From Candidatus Poribacteria bacterium (GTDB taxonomy: Bacteria > Poribacteria > WGA-4E > WGA-3G), in contig OY762722.1 in assembly GCA_963666305.1 (NCBI GenBank), positions 130,037 to 194,036 of the forward strand: a stretch of DNA of 64,000 nt, in the 5' to 3' direction. Position numbers and translations under genes: made by a program. How positions within the stretch are numbered: the first letter of the stretch is position 1; the number at the start of each line of letters is the position of its first letter. This document shows, piece by piece, positions 1 through 9,479 of this stretch. Under the pieces are notes generated by a model, which did no database searches, was not told the DNA's origin, and saw only the letters and a list, made by a program, of their open reading frames with translations.

Positions 1-58
1 TTTGTAATATGAGTCGCCTCTACAGCGAAATAGAAATGCAAATTAGAATAGGAAACAT

Positions 59-790
59 TTGATGCTCAAAGCTATTACATTTGATTTTTGGCAAACCCTC
101 TACGCGGATTCTGACAGTATCTGGCAAAAGCGTCAGGCGATACGTGTTGAGCACTGCTATACGTACCTTGGCAGTCGCGACTATGCTTGCACATTGGATG
201 ATGTAAGATTCGGACTTGAAGAGGCGTACAACTTGGTATCCTCTCTATGGCATCAACATAAAGGAATCTCAGTGAAGCGATGCATGCACCGGTTCGCTGA
301 GGTGCTTCACCTTCAGCTTGAGGCAGAAGACTTTGACCAGTTAATTGAATGTCTTGGCGCGGCTTTTTTGGAAACACCGCCGATTATAATACCACATCTC
401 AAACCGGTCCTTTCTCGGTTGAGTGAAAGTTATCCACTTGGAATTATCTCAGACTCGGCTCTAACGCCCGGCAGTTTTGCTCGAAAACTGATGGCGCGTG
501 ATGGCATTTTACAATACTTTACAGCTTTCACATTCTCCGACGAAACGGATTATACAAAACCTCAAGTGGTACAATTCCATTCAACTTTAGCACAACTAAA
601 CGCTGAACCCTCGGAAGCGGTGCATGTCGGCGATATTTTCCGAACGGATATTGTCGGCGCGAAAAATGCGGGGATGAAAGCGATTCGTTTCGCAGGCTTC
701 AATAAAGGAGAAGGAGACGACACACTGAGTGATGCTGTTGTTGACGACTATCGGAAGTTAGAGACCGTCATCACTGAGTTGTCAAAATAG
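59..790 (+). CDS. HAD-superfamily hydrolase
   Basis: 243-aa ORF. N-terminal ITFDFWQTLY (Dx[DN]-type motif I) and C-terminal VHVGDIFRTDIVGAKNAGMKAI (motif III/IV) are typical of HAD phosphatases/dehalogenases. Confidence 0.7.
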   Translation: MMLKAITFDFWQTLYADSDSIWQKRQAIRVEHCYTYLGSRDYACTLDDVRFGLEEAYNLVSSLWHQHKGISVKRCMHRFAEVLHLQLEAEDFDQLIECLGAAFLETPPIIIPHLKPVLSRLSESYPLGIISDSALTPGSFARKLMARDGILQYFTAFTFSDETDYTKPQVVQFHSTLAQLNAEPSEAVHVGDIFRTDIVGAKNAGMKAIRFAGFNKGEGDDTLSDAVVDDYRKLETVITELSK

Positions 791-807
791 GGAAGGTAAG
801 GTAAAAA

Positions 808-1716
808 ATGGCAAATGTATTGGTCTCCGGTGGCACCGGGTTCATCGGCAGTCGAATCTGTACTGCCCTCCACGAACAGGGCGATACGGTGCATGTATTA
901 TCTCGTAATCCGGCGCGCGCACATACGAAATTGAAATCCGCAAGAGCAGTCTATGGTTGGAACCCTGAAACCGAAAAACTTCCTTCAGAAGCAACATCAG
1001 ATGTGAAAGTGGTGGTTCATCTGGCGGGTGAAACTATCGCAGGTAGATGGAACCCCGAGAAAAAACGACGGATACGGGATAGCCGAATTCTTTCTACGCG
1101 AAATCTCGTTGAATCGTTTGCTGGCGTGTCTACAAAACCTGATGTGCTTGTCTGTGCTTCCGCAATTGGATACTATGGCGGTAGCGGCGACGACCACTTT
1201 ACAGAGGTATCACCCGCTGGCACAGACTTTCTCGCCAAAGTCTGTCAAGAATGGGAAACAGAGGCACAGAAAGCAGGTGAGTTTGGGGTTCGGGTGGTCA
1301 TGGTGCGTATTGGGCTTGTACTTGGATTAGGAGGTGGGCTGCTAACACAAGTGCTTACGCCCTTTAAAATGGGAGTGGGCGGCATACTTGGCAGTGGACG
1401 GCAGTGGATGTCTTGGATTCATGTCGACGATGTGGTTGGTATTGTGATACATGCTTTAGAGAATGAAGAAATTCGGGGTCCTCTGAACGCGACGGCACCT
1501 GTCCCTGTCAGAAATGTGGAGTTCACGAAAACGCTCGGTGCGGTGCTACGGCGACCAACGCTGTTTCCAGTCCCGACGTTCGGATTGAAGTTAATGATGG
1601 GTGAATTTGCGGATTTCGTTGTGCTGAGTCAGAACGTCCTTCCAGAGAAAACAGAGGTAAGCGGCTACGACTTTCACCACCGGACGCTTGAATCCGCTTT
1701 GAGAGACCTGCTATAG
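808..1716 (+). CDS. TIGR01777/YfcH-like NAD-dependent epimerase family protein (atypical SDR)
   Basis: 302 aa. N-terminal Rossmann motif VSGGTGFIGS. Overall length and C-terminal region resemble the YfcH/SDR39U1 family. A GGAAGG RBS-like sequence lies upstream of the ATG. Confidence 0.65.
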   Translation: MANVLVSGGTGFIGSRICTALHEQGDTVHVLSRNPARAHTKLKSARAVYGWNPETEKLPSEATSDVKVVVHLAGETIAGRWNPEKKRRIRDSRILSTRNLVESFAGVSTKPDVLVCASAIGYYGGSGDDHFTEVSPAGTDFLAKVCQEWETEAQKAGEFGVRVVMVRIGLVLGLGGGLLTQVLTPFKMGVGGILGSGRQWMSWIHVDDVVGIVIHALENEEIRGPLNATAPVPVRNVEFTKTLGAVLRRPTLFPVPTFGLKLMMGEFADFVVLSQNVLPEKTEVSGYDFHHRTLESALRDLL

Positions 1717-1738
1717 AGGCGCAGAATTCCAACAAAAT

Positions 1739-3076
1739 ATGAAAATCCGCGATGTTCTGCTTTCTGATTACGGAAAAGCCTCAAGTGTTCCCTCGCCGAT
1801 TAATCAATTGATGACCGATTTCGCCGTCGGTTTTCGAGATGGACGCGACATTAATCTCGGTGTCGGATATGTCAATGAACAGACAATTCCGCATAAGCAG
1901 ATTCAACATGCCTGCGAAACAGTTCTTGCTCATCCTAAAAAATATCGCGCCTCTCTAAATTACGGCGGGGCACAAGGTTCGCCGAACCTGATTGCGTCGC
2001 TCAGGAGGTTCCACATTGAAAACCGGATCGGTGGAATCACTGAACAGACCTTAAACAGCCGAGATATTGTCATCGGAGCGAACGGCGCGACGAGTTTGTT
2101 AGAAAGCATCACCCACCTACTTCCTGCTGGCATTGTGATGACCGCGGATCCGATGTATTATATCTACTGTAACGACTTGGGAAGGAAAGGTTTTAGCGTT
2201 ATAGCGACACCTGAGGATGATGAAGGACTCGATGCCGAACATTTGAGGACAAAACTAACGACGCTCGGCAACGCAAAAAAGGCTATCCGTTTCTTCTACG
2301 TTGTAACGGTTAACAATCCAACCTGCACAATTCTATCCAATAACCGCAAGAGAGTACTCGTTGACATTGCTACCCGACTTTCCCACGAAGTCGGACGGAA
2401 AATCCCCATTTTTTTTGACAACGCCTATCGCGACCTTACACATGACAGCACCGTTGAACCTTTGGAGTCTGCCCTCTGCTACGATACGCTCGGCATTGTC
2501 TATGAAATTGGCACGTTGTCAAAGATCCTCGCCCCAGGGTTACGTATCGGCTATCTGATCGGACCCAAAGGTCCCTTCCTCGACAGCATCATCCAACGCA
2601 CAAGCGACATCGGTTTCAGCGCGCCGTTAATCAATCAAGAAATCGCAAGTTACTTGCTCGACCACGGTATTGAAGCACAAATTCAAAAGGTTAACAAGGG
2701 GTATCACCAAAAGGCAAAACAGGTCAAAGCGTGGATGGCAGAATTACTGGGTGATAGCGTTCAGGAGTGTCGAGGTGGTAATGCTGGATTCTATTACTAC
2801 TTGACGCTGGCGCGTGTCGCAACAAATACGACCTCTGATTTTTTCAAATTTTTGACGCGAACGACTGGACGGGAAGAGGTCGATGGACCGTTAGACTCCC
2901 AACATCCGAAAGTGATTTACATTCCCGGTGAACATTGCGTCCACCCAGATGGCGAAATGGTCGAGGTTGGGAAGCGACAGTTCCGTATATCCTACGGATT
3001 TGAGGAACTCCCACAGATTCACACTGCGTTGAAACACATGAAATCCGCTATAACTTATAGCTATGAAAATTCGTAG
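1739..3076 (+). CDS. PLP-dependent aminotransferase, fold-type I (class I/II)
   Basis: 445 aa. The motif GTLSKILAPGLRIGYLIGP (Schiff-base lysine region) and overall architecture match class I/II aminotransferases. Confidence 0.6.
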   Translation: MKIRDVLLSDYGKASSVPSPINQLMTDFAVGFRDGRDINLGVGYVNEQTIPHKQIQHACETVLAHPKKYRASLNYGGAQGSPNLIASLRRFHIENRIGGITEQTLNSRDIVIGANGATSLLESITHLLPAGIVMTADPMYYIYCNDLGRKGFSVIATPEDDEGLDAEHLRTKLTTLGNAKKAIRFFYVVTVNNPTCTILSNNRKRVLVDIATRLSHEVGRKIPIFFDNAYRDLTHDSTVEPLESALCYDTLGIVYEIGTLSKILAPGLRIGYLIGPKGPFLDSIIQRTSDIGFSAPLINQEIASYLLDHGIEAQIQKVNKGYHQKAKQVKAWMAELLGDSVQECRGGNAGFYYYLTLARVATNTTSDFFKFLTRTTGREEVDGPLDSQHPKVIYIPGEHCVHPDGEMVEVGKRQFRISYGFEELPQIHTALKHMKSAITYSYENS

Positions 3077-3126
3077 TCTCCGATAGGCGCGTTTACAGAC
3101 CCCGCCCTATAGCAAAATACGCCGGA

Positions 3127-3933
3127 TTACCAGCGAACTTCGCAGAATTCTTCATAATCAATGAGTTCGTGAATAGTAGGATTTTCACCACACATCGGGC
3201 AATCGCTATTTTGGCGGAGTTTTAGTCTGTTGAACTCCATCGATAACGCGTCAAAAAGCAGAAGGTTCCCGATTAACGGTTCGCCGATGTCCAGTAGGAC
3301 TTTAAGTGCTTCAACGGCTTGGATTGTGCCGATAATGCCCGGTAACACACCTAAGACACCCGCTTCTTGGCAACTCGGTGCCATACCTTGCGGTGGCGGT
3401 TCGGAAAAGATACATCGATAACACGGTCCTTTGCCCGGACATAGGACGGTGACCTGTCCTTCAAACTGGGAAATGCTGCCGTGCACAATTGGTTTGCCAA
3501 GCATAACAGATGCGTCGTTGAGAAGATAACGGGTCGGAAAGTTGTCGCACCCATCTACAATCAGATCATACTGCTCTAATATCCCAAAAACGTTTTCCGA
3601 ATTGATACGCTCGTTATAGGGAATCACCTTGACATCTGGGTTCATCTCTGCGATAGAGGCTTCCGCGGATTTCGTCTTTGGAACGCCGATGTCGCTGATG
3701 CCGTGCAATATTTGACGTTGCAAATTACTGAGATCGACGACATCGTCGTCAACGATACCGAGCGTGCCGACCCCTGCCGCTGCGAGGTACATTCCAATAG
3801 GGGAGCCGAGTCCCCCTGCACCGATGAGTAGTACTTTCGACTCAAGCAACCGCGTCTGCCCCATCCCACCGACCTCTTTGAGAATGATATGTCGGCTGTA
3901 GCGTTCAATCTGTTCGTTGCTGAAGTTAAACAT
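3127..3933 (-). CDS. ThiF/MoeB/MoeZ-type E1-like adenylyltransferase with C-terminal Cys-pair Zn motif
   Basis: ERYSRHIIL... LLIGAGGLGSPIGMYLAAAGVG (GxGxxG ATP loop) and DDDVVDLSNLQRQ are present. C-terminal CYRC...CPMCG cysteine pairs are present. The ORF track extends to 4050, but I place the start at the internal ATG at 3933 (GGAG RBS), one nt from the stop of the upstream gene. Confidence 0.8.
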   Translation of the reverse strand: MFNFSNEQIERYSRHIILKEVGGMGQTRLLESKVLLIGAGGLGSPIGMYLAAAGVGTLGIVDDDVVDLSNLQRQILHGISDIGVPKTKSAEASIAEMNPDVKVIPYNERINSENVFGILEQYDLIVDGCDNFPTRYLLNDASVMLGKPIVHGSISQFEGQVTVLCPGKGPCYRCIFSEPPPQGMAPSCQEAGVLGVLPGIIGTIQAVEALKVLLDIGEPLIGNLLLFDALSMEFNRLKLRQNSDCPMCGENPTIHELIDYEEFCEVRW

Positions 3934-3934
3934 C

Positions 3935-4513
3935 TTAGACTCCCAAATTGGAGAGGAGTTCTGAAATCGGTTTATCCGAATTCGCAGAGATTCGCAAAGC
4001 GAACCGTTCGCGTGCATCTTCGGAGGTGCGCTCCACCGTGAAATCGTCACCGTCGTACATCTGTTGTAGGACAGGTGTTAGGTCTGCCTCAACGGATGTC
4101 GCTGTTTCCGATGTATTCGGTGCGATCTGCCGACTGTTTATCATAAACAGGAGATCTGCACCGTTGAAATGCACTGCGTCTTCTAACTCTGCGGCTGCTT
4201 CAAGTTGTTCGCATTTGGAAAGCACCTCTGTGAGTGCCTGGCGAATCTTGTCAGCGTTGTCGCCTTCGACTGCATGCTTCCGGTTATAGAGGAAGCCCTG
4301 CTCATAGTAAGCATTGTCAATACTATAGTTAGCTTGCTTCAAAATCAACAGTACACCCGGTCCTGCATCAACGTGCGAGTAGTCGGCGTAGTTCAGGTAA
4401 TCCTCTGAATCAGCTTCCTCCATCCAACGGTTGAAAACCTTGATGAAGTTGGTATAGTTGATTTTGCTATCTTCGGTTGCGAAAACCTTAATGTTAATCT
4501 GTTGTAGATCCAT
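3935..4513 (-). CDS. hypothetical protein, translationally coupled upstream of the E1-like gene
   Basis: 192-aa ORF with no motif I recognise. Its stop at 3935-3937 abuts the downstream E1 start, which suggests co-translation. Confidence 0.4.
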   Translation of the reverse strand: MDLQQINIKVFATEDSKINYTNFIKVFNRWMEEADSEDYLNYADYSHVDAGPGVLLILKQANYSIDNAYYEQGFLYNRKHAVEGDNADKIRQALTEVLSKCEQLEAAAELEDAVHFNGADLLFMINSRQIAPNTSETATSVEADLTPVLQQMYDGDDFTVERTSEDARERFALRISANSDKPISELLSNLGV

Positions 4514-4728
4514 TCTGCTAAAAAGTTTCCTATAAACATAACGCCCCGATGGGCTTTTTTGTAGGAGCAGGCTTTACCCGCGATGTTTAAGTTCTACCAC
4601 CTTAGAATTACCAGCACACTATCCTGCTATGCCTGTAACTTCTGTTTGGATTCATGACCGTCTGCTTTTTTATTATACCGCAATTTGGCAAGAAAGTCAA
4701 TTTATTGTAACGACTTGTCTACATCTGC

Positions 4729-5151
4729 CTAATTGTCCTCGGACAATCTCAACAACATCTGCTGTGGCGTGAGAATTCGGACATTATCAACCGAAAACCC
4801 TGAAAGATTTCGGGTAACTATTACATCAAGTTGCATGAGCATTGCACAGGCGATTTGCAGATTATCTTCAAAGTCGCTTCCTGCTAATCTTGTTGCCAAC
4901 TGTAGTTCGCGGGGACCGACTGAGATAACGGATAATTGATTCAATACAGCATGAACGAGTCGCCAGGCTTTCTCAAGCCCTCCATAGCGGCGACTTATAT
5001 AAAAAATGTCGGTTAGCGTCGTTGCTGTGACATAAGCAACAAACTGCTTGTCTAATTGCGCTTGCCAGATAGCATTTGCCTGAATGTTCCAAGGGGTTCG
5101 ATCAAGCAGTGCATCCAGAACTACGTTTGTATCCAATAAAGCGTGAATCAT
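4729..5151 (-). CDS. vapC: PIN-domain ribonuclease, VapC-type toxin
   Basis: 140 aa. N-terminus MIHALLDTNVVLDALLDR is the classic PIN acidic motif. The gene overlaps the upstream small ORF by 4 nt. Confidence 0.75.
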   Translation of the reverse strand: MIHALLDTNVVLDALLDRTPWNIQANAIWQAQLDKQFVAYVTATTLTDIFYISRRYGGLEKAWRLVHAVLNQLSVISVGPRELQLATRLAGSDFEDNLQIACAMLMQLDVIVTRNLSGFSVDNVRILTPQQMLLRLSEDN

Positions 5152-5450
5152 CCGTATTTTTTCAGGCGTTCCTCTTCAAGGATTTTTTCGCATTCCTCGT
5201 CAGTAGGGGGACGCTTATCTGTTTTCATAATCGCCTGGACTTCTTCCAACGTCATGGTCTGGGCAGGAAGAGAAGGTTGTGACGGCACAACAGTTTCCAA
5301 AATTTGACGAGCGAGATCTATCCGCATCTTGGCATCCCAGGTTCGTACGCGGTTCAGAATTTCATAAATCTGTTCGGCATCCATGATGTAGAACTCCCCA
5401 TTGTAAAAAGGCGATTGGTCGCCTATACCAATTTTAGGTGCAAACGACAA
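5148..5450 (-). CDS. putative antitoxin partner of VapC
   Basis: 100-aa ORF immediately upstream of the PIN gene and overlapping it, which is the canonical type II TA arrangement. No recognisable family motif. Confidence 0.45.
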   Translation of the reverse strand: MSFAPKIGIGDQSPFYNGEFYIMDAEQIYEILNRVRTWDAKMRIDLARQILETVVPSQPSLPAQTMTLEEVQAIMKTDKRPPTDEECEKILEEERLKKYG

Positions 5451-5521
5451 TCGCCAGTGATGTAAAGTTCAATAACAGACATCCACGAGATTCGTCCTAC
5501 GATGAACAGCGATCTTAAAAT

Positions 5522-7966
5522 CTACTCACCCTTCCGGACGGTGAGTCGGTAGTGCTGTCCGACCTTCTTGGTGTCAACGACCTCATGCCCATCGTTGGTG
5601 AGGCTCTTCGGGACGTTCTCAATCGGTTCGCCATCGTCGATGGTGACTTCGAGAAGTTGACCGAGTTCCATCGTTTCCAACCGAATCTTTGCTTGGACAT
5701 AGTTGAACGGGCAGGCAACGCCTTTGAGGTCGAGGCTATCCACGATTTCCTCAACGGGTTTCGTTTTCCTGACAACCCTCGGTTTCCGCGCCGGTCGTGA
5801 GCGGCGCTTTTTCCGACGGCTCTCTTCCTCTTCCTCCTGCTTAATGCGCATGCGTCCATAGACGTTATGCGATTCTTCAACGAAGAGTGTAGCCTCTTCA
5901 ACGCGACGGTGTGCCAATTCGTGGTCAAACGTAGAAGCATCCTCCTCCGTTGCCTTGAAGATATGCGCACCGTAACCGGGGAAGAAGTTACCGGGTTCAA
6001 AGAAATGGGTACGGAATTCGTTGACGGTGGTCGCGTCGTCAATATATTGCAAACCGACCGTTGTCTGAAGTCCGTCTGCGGCTCTGATCATTGCATCAAA
6101 AGCCAACTCCGCGGAATCCTGATATTCACCCTTTTCCAAGTTCAAGCCAGATTCATAGATGAGTCGATCTGCTTCTTCCAACTTCATAGAGACGAGTGCG
6201 ACTACCTCTCCTGCACATTCACCGACACCTGTCTTGAGTTGGTAATCTTTCGTGTCGCCGGTGTCCACATAGAATTCTGGTGCTTCCTCATAAGATGGAA
6301 TCTTATCGTACTTGGACAAGATCTGCTTAATCTCCACCTTACCGAGCCGTGCGATGTAATCAGTGAAGGATTCTTCCTCATTTCGTTCCGCCGTGTACTT
6401 ACCAGTCAACTCTTCAATGAACGTCGGAATATATTTGCCGTGGATTTTTCCATTGGCAAGCCCGTAAGAACTGGCGTTTTCGACCATGTGTCCACCGAGT
6501 AGGACCTGATAGTAAGGAGCAATATGCTCACCCATCCGGCGCGAGGAACCGAAGAAGCCAATATTCGCGACATGATGCTGCCCACATGAGTTGGGGCATC
6601 CGCTAATCTTAATCCGAAAGTCTTTGATTTCATTCTGCACACCGGTTTCAATGAAATAGTTTCGCAGGTGCGCTGCCAGACCTCGTGAAGAAGAAACACC
6701 GAGTTTGCAGGAGTCAGTACCCGGGCAAGCGGTAATATCAACCATAGATTCTGCCCCCGGGTCGCCGAGACCAATCACCTTCAGTTCGCGATAGAGCGCG
6801 GGGAGATCCGTCATCGTCACCCAACGGAGAACGATATTCTGTTCGACAGTGGCACGGATGGTGTCTTTAACGTATTTCCGCGAAATATCTGCCAAAGCAC
6901 GCGTCTGATCTGCGGTAATATCCCCCAGAGGTAGCGTAATCGTCACAAAAGCGTAGCCGGGTTGACTCTGTAACCGCACATTAGATTGATACCACTCTTC
7001 AAACCCTTCGGGTTTCATGGTGCCGTTGAGCTGCGTTGGTGCCTTCAGCGGACTTTCATTGTAAGCGTCGAGATTATCCAGATACGCTGTCCATTCCGGA
7101 TCGTGGCGTAGCGTAGCCCGATCTTCAAGTACCTGTTTACGGAATTCTTCAATGCCGTATTTGGCGATGACAAACTTTAAACGTGCCTTATTCCGATTTC
7201 TGCGTTCACCTAAACGGGTGAAGACTCTGCAAATTGATTGTGAAATCGGTAAGAGTTCCTCTGCGGAGACGAAATCATCAAACACTTTCGCCTGATGCGG
7301 TACTGCACCGAGTCCACCACCGACATAAAGTTTAAAACCGTGTTTGACTTCACCGTCCACCTCTTTAACAGCGGCAACCGCACCGATGTCGTGCATGCTT
7401 GCCAAACCGCAAGCGTGTTCTTCACATCCGGAAAACGCGATTTTGAACTTTCGACCAAAATCTTGAGCATCCGGGTGTCCCAAAAGGAATGCAGACAACG
7501 CCTTAGAATAGGGTGTTACGTCAAATGTCTCATCTTGGCACACACCGCTAAGAGGGCATGCTGTAACGTTTCGCACGACATTACCGCACGCTTCTTTGGT
7601 GGTAATGTCAACACTTGCGAGACGGCGCATTAATTCCGGTGTATTGTTGATGTCCACGTAGTGATATTGGACATCTTGACGTGTGGTGATGTGGATGATG
7701 TTATCCGAAAATTCTTCGGCAACATCCGCCAGCATTTCAAGTTGTACTGCTGTGAGTCCGCCGAACGGGATTTTGACACGAATCATTTGCGACCGGTCAT
7801 CGCGCTGTCCGTAAACCCCGTGCCGAAGTCTGAATTCGGTGAAGAGCGTCTCTTCTACCTGGCCGGCTTGTACTCGACCAAGTTGAATCTCATAAATTTC
7901 AATTTCGCGGGCAACATCTGGTGGAATAGCCGATGTATCATAGGGACCCGCGTATTCAATAGCCAT
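5522..7966 (-). CDS. ferredoxin-type sulfite/nitrite reductase hemoprotein fused to a C-terminal TusA-like sulfur-carrier domain
   Basis: 814 aa. The N-terminal 600 aa carry the NIR_SIR siroheme/4Fe-4S cysteine clusters (ITACPGTDSCKLG and ISGCPNSCGQHH) and duplicated ferredoxin-like halves. A K/R/E-rich linker (KQEEEEESRRKKRRSRPARKPRVVRK) follows. The C-terminus, LDLKGVACPFNYVQAKIRL...TNDGHEVV, matches the TusA/SirA fold pattern with a CPxx active cysteine. Confidence 0.75.
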   Translation of the reverse strand: MAIEYAGPYDTSAIPPDVAREIEIYEIQLGRVQAGQVEETLFTEFRLRHGVYGQRDDRSQMIRVKIPFGGLTAVQLEMLADVAEEFSDNIIHITTRQDVQYHYVDINNTPELMRRLASVDITTKEACGNVVRNVTACPLSGVCQDETFDVTPYSKALSAFLLGHPDAQDFGRKFKIAFSGCEEHACGLASMHDIGAVAAVKEVDGEVKHGFKLYVGGGLGAVPHQAKVFDDFVSAEELLPISQSICRVFTRLGERRNRNKARLKFVIAKYGIEEFRKQVLEDRATLRHDPEWTAYLDNLDAYNESPLKAPTQLNGTMKPEGFEEWYQSNVRLQSQPGYAFVTITLPLGDITADQTRALADISRKYVKDTIRATVEQNIVLRWVTMTDLPALYRELKVIGLGDPGAESMVDITACPGTDSCKLGVSSSRGLAAHLRNYFIETGVQNEIKDFRIKISGCPNSCGQHHVANIGFFGSSRRMGEHIAPYYQVLLGGHMVENASSYGLANGKIHGKYIPTFIEELTGKYTAERNEEESFTDYIARLGKVEIKQILSKYDKIPSYEEAPEFYVDTGDTKDYQLKTGVGECAGEVVALVSMKLEEADRLIYESGLNLEKGEYQDSAELAFDAMIRAADGLQTTVGLQYIDDATTVNEFRTHFFEPGNFFPGYGAHIFKATEEDASTFDHELAHRRVEEATLFVEESHNVYGRMRIKQEEEEESRRKKRRSRPARKPRVVRKTKPVEEIVDSLDLKGVACPFNYVQAKIRLETMELGQLLEVTIDDGEPIENVPKSLTNDGHEVVDTKKVGQHYRLTVRKGE

Positions 7967-8137
7967 TCTGTACTCCTTAATTAACCTCGGATTCTTAGTG
8001 TGCGTTGATTAATGTCCGATGGTTTTCTATTTAGCCGAAGGTTGTGTGCCGATTTGCATGGTATCCAGCCATTAGAAATCCTTTAAATTGTATAGTATAC
8101 CGTAAAATTCAATAAAAATCAAGGACAATCTTCTGTT

Positions 8138-9232
8138 TTAAGTTTCTGGTGCATCTCCCCAATCCGGAATTGGGAGTAATTCCCCATCCCGTATCGCAGA
8201 TTCATGTGCGACAAATCCGGGTGCGCAATACCGAACGGCTTCCCAAACGTTGACACCTGGCAAACGTTGGCGATTGACAGAATCCACAAACTCATGCACG
8301 AGATAAGCGTGTGAACCGCCATGCCCACCGAGATCTTCTGCAAGTGCTTCCGGAAGAGACCCATGCGATCTTGAAGGCTCAACGATTTCCCTTCCGTGTT
8401 TACCTGCCCAAACACTACCTGCGAGACTTTGTTCATAACTGCCCTCTGTTCCGTAGATACCGCTGACACGTTCAGATCCGGGGTGTCCGATCCGTCGGAA
8501 CTCACAGATTTGCATTGTCGAACCGTTGCTCATTGTAAAAAGCCCGACTTCATTTGAGAATGGATTTTTGTGAATGGTATCCGTCCGAAACCAATCGTCG
8601 TTCGGATAGATGTACCCTTGCGCGGAAACCGATGTTGCGTACGCCTTCATCACGGAGATTGGGAAACAGGTCGAATGCGTCGGATAGTACATAGGGATAC
8701 CGCCGGTCTTGTCACGCCCCCACAGCGCACCCCATCGGTTTTTCGCCACATCGTAGAGTCCGTGATCCATATCGTGAAAGTACTCGGCGCGGCAGTGAAC
8801 GAACTCCCCAAACGCACCCTCCGCCGCTTTCTGCCGACAGAAGACAGTCTCTGGACGGAAATAACTTGTTTCACCGTTCATATAGGTCATTCCGGTTCGC
8901 TCAACGGTTCTGATAAGGGCTTCGCACTCATCCAAGGATGCCGCCGCGGGGACAGCGGTATAGACATGCTTTCCTGCTTCCATCGCTTGAATCGCCTGCG
9001 GTGCGTGCATCCAATGCTGGGTGATGATAACGAGCGCGTCTAAATCCGATTTGCAGATGTCGTCAAGGCTTGAGTAGGTCTCAGTAATCTCAAATTGCTT
9101 TGCATATTTTGTCAACCGATCCTCACGTAAATCGCAGAGTGCCAGACGATGTACATCTGGATGCGACTTATACGATTGGATAAACGCCGGTCCGAACATT
9201 CCTAAGCCTACCATCCCGACACTGATACTCAT
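8138..9232 (-). CDS. Gfo/Idh/MocA family oxidoreductase
   Basis: 364 aa. N-terminal Rossmann motif VGMVGLGMFG with the family-typical alpha/beta C-terminal domain. Confidence 0.75.
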   Translation of the reverse strand: MSISVGMVGLGMFGPAFIQSYKSHPDVHRLALCDLREDRLTKYAKQFEITETYSSLDDICKSDLDALVIITQHWMHAPQAIQAMEAGKHVYTAVPAAASLDECEALIRTVERTGMTYMNGETSYFRPETVFCRQKAAEGAFGEFVHCRAEYFHDMDHGLYDVAKNRWGALWGRDKTGGIPMYYPTHSTCFPISVMKAYATSVSAQGYIYPNDDWFRTDTIHKNPFSNEVGLFTMSNGSTMQICEFRRIGHPGSERVSGIYGTEGSYEQSLAGSVWAGKHGREIVEPSRSHGSLPEALAEDLGGHGGSHAYLVHEFVDSVNRQRLPGVNVWEAVRYCAPGFVAHESAIRDGELLPIPDWGDAPET

Positions 9233-9479
9233 CTATCATTCCTCCTTCACGCTTACAAGGCGTGCCTGCGGGGATTGAGTCGTAAATTCCGTTATGAAAC
9301 GATAGCACGCATAGGAATTGCTGTCAAGTGTATTTCGAAGATATTTGTTGACAAAACCGCGAACAACCTTATAATAGATGCAAAGTCCCAGTAGGGTGTT
9401 ACGAGCAAGCGCAAATTTAAACTGCCCGTCTACCCTACAGACGAAATCAAACTTCATCTTTGGAAGGAATCAATAACAA

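Noticed and set aside
3934-4050. A 39-codon N-terminal extension of the MoeB-like ORF (MTISRWSAPPK...).
   Set aside because: It overlaps the upstream gene in another frame. The internal ATG with a GGAG RBS immediately after the upstream stop is a far better start.
5515-6042. A 175-aa Arg/Ser-rich minus-strand ORF inside the sulfite reductase gene.
   Set aside because: It is an alternative frame of a confidently identified 814-aa gene, with no RBS and compositional bias typical of off-frame translation.
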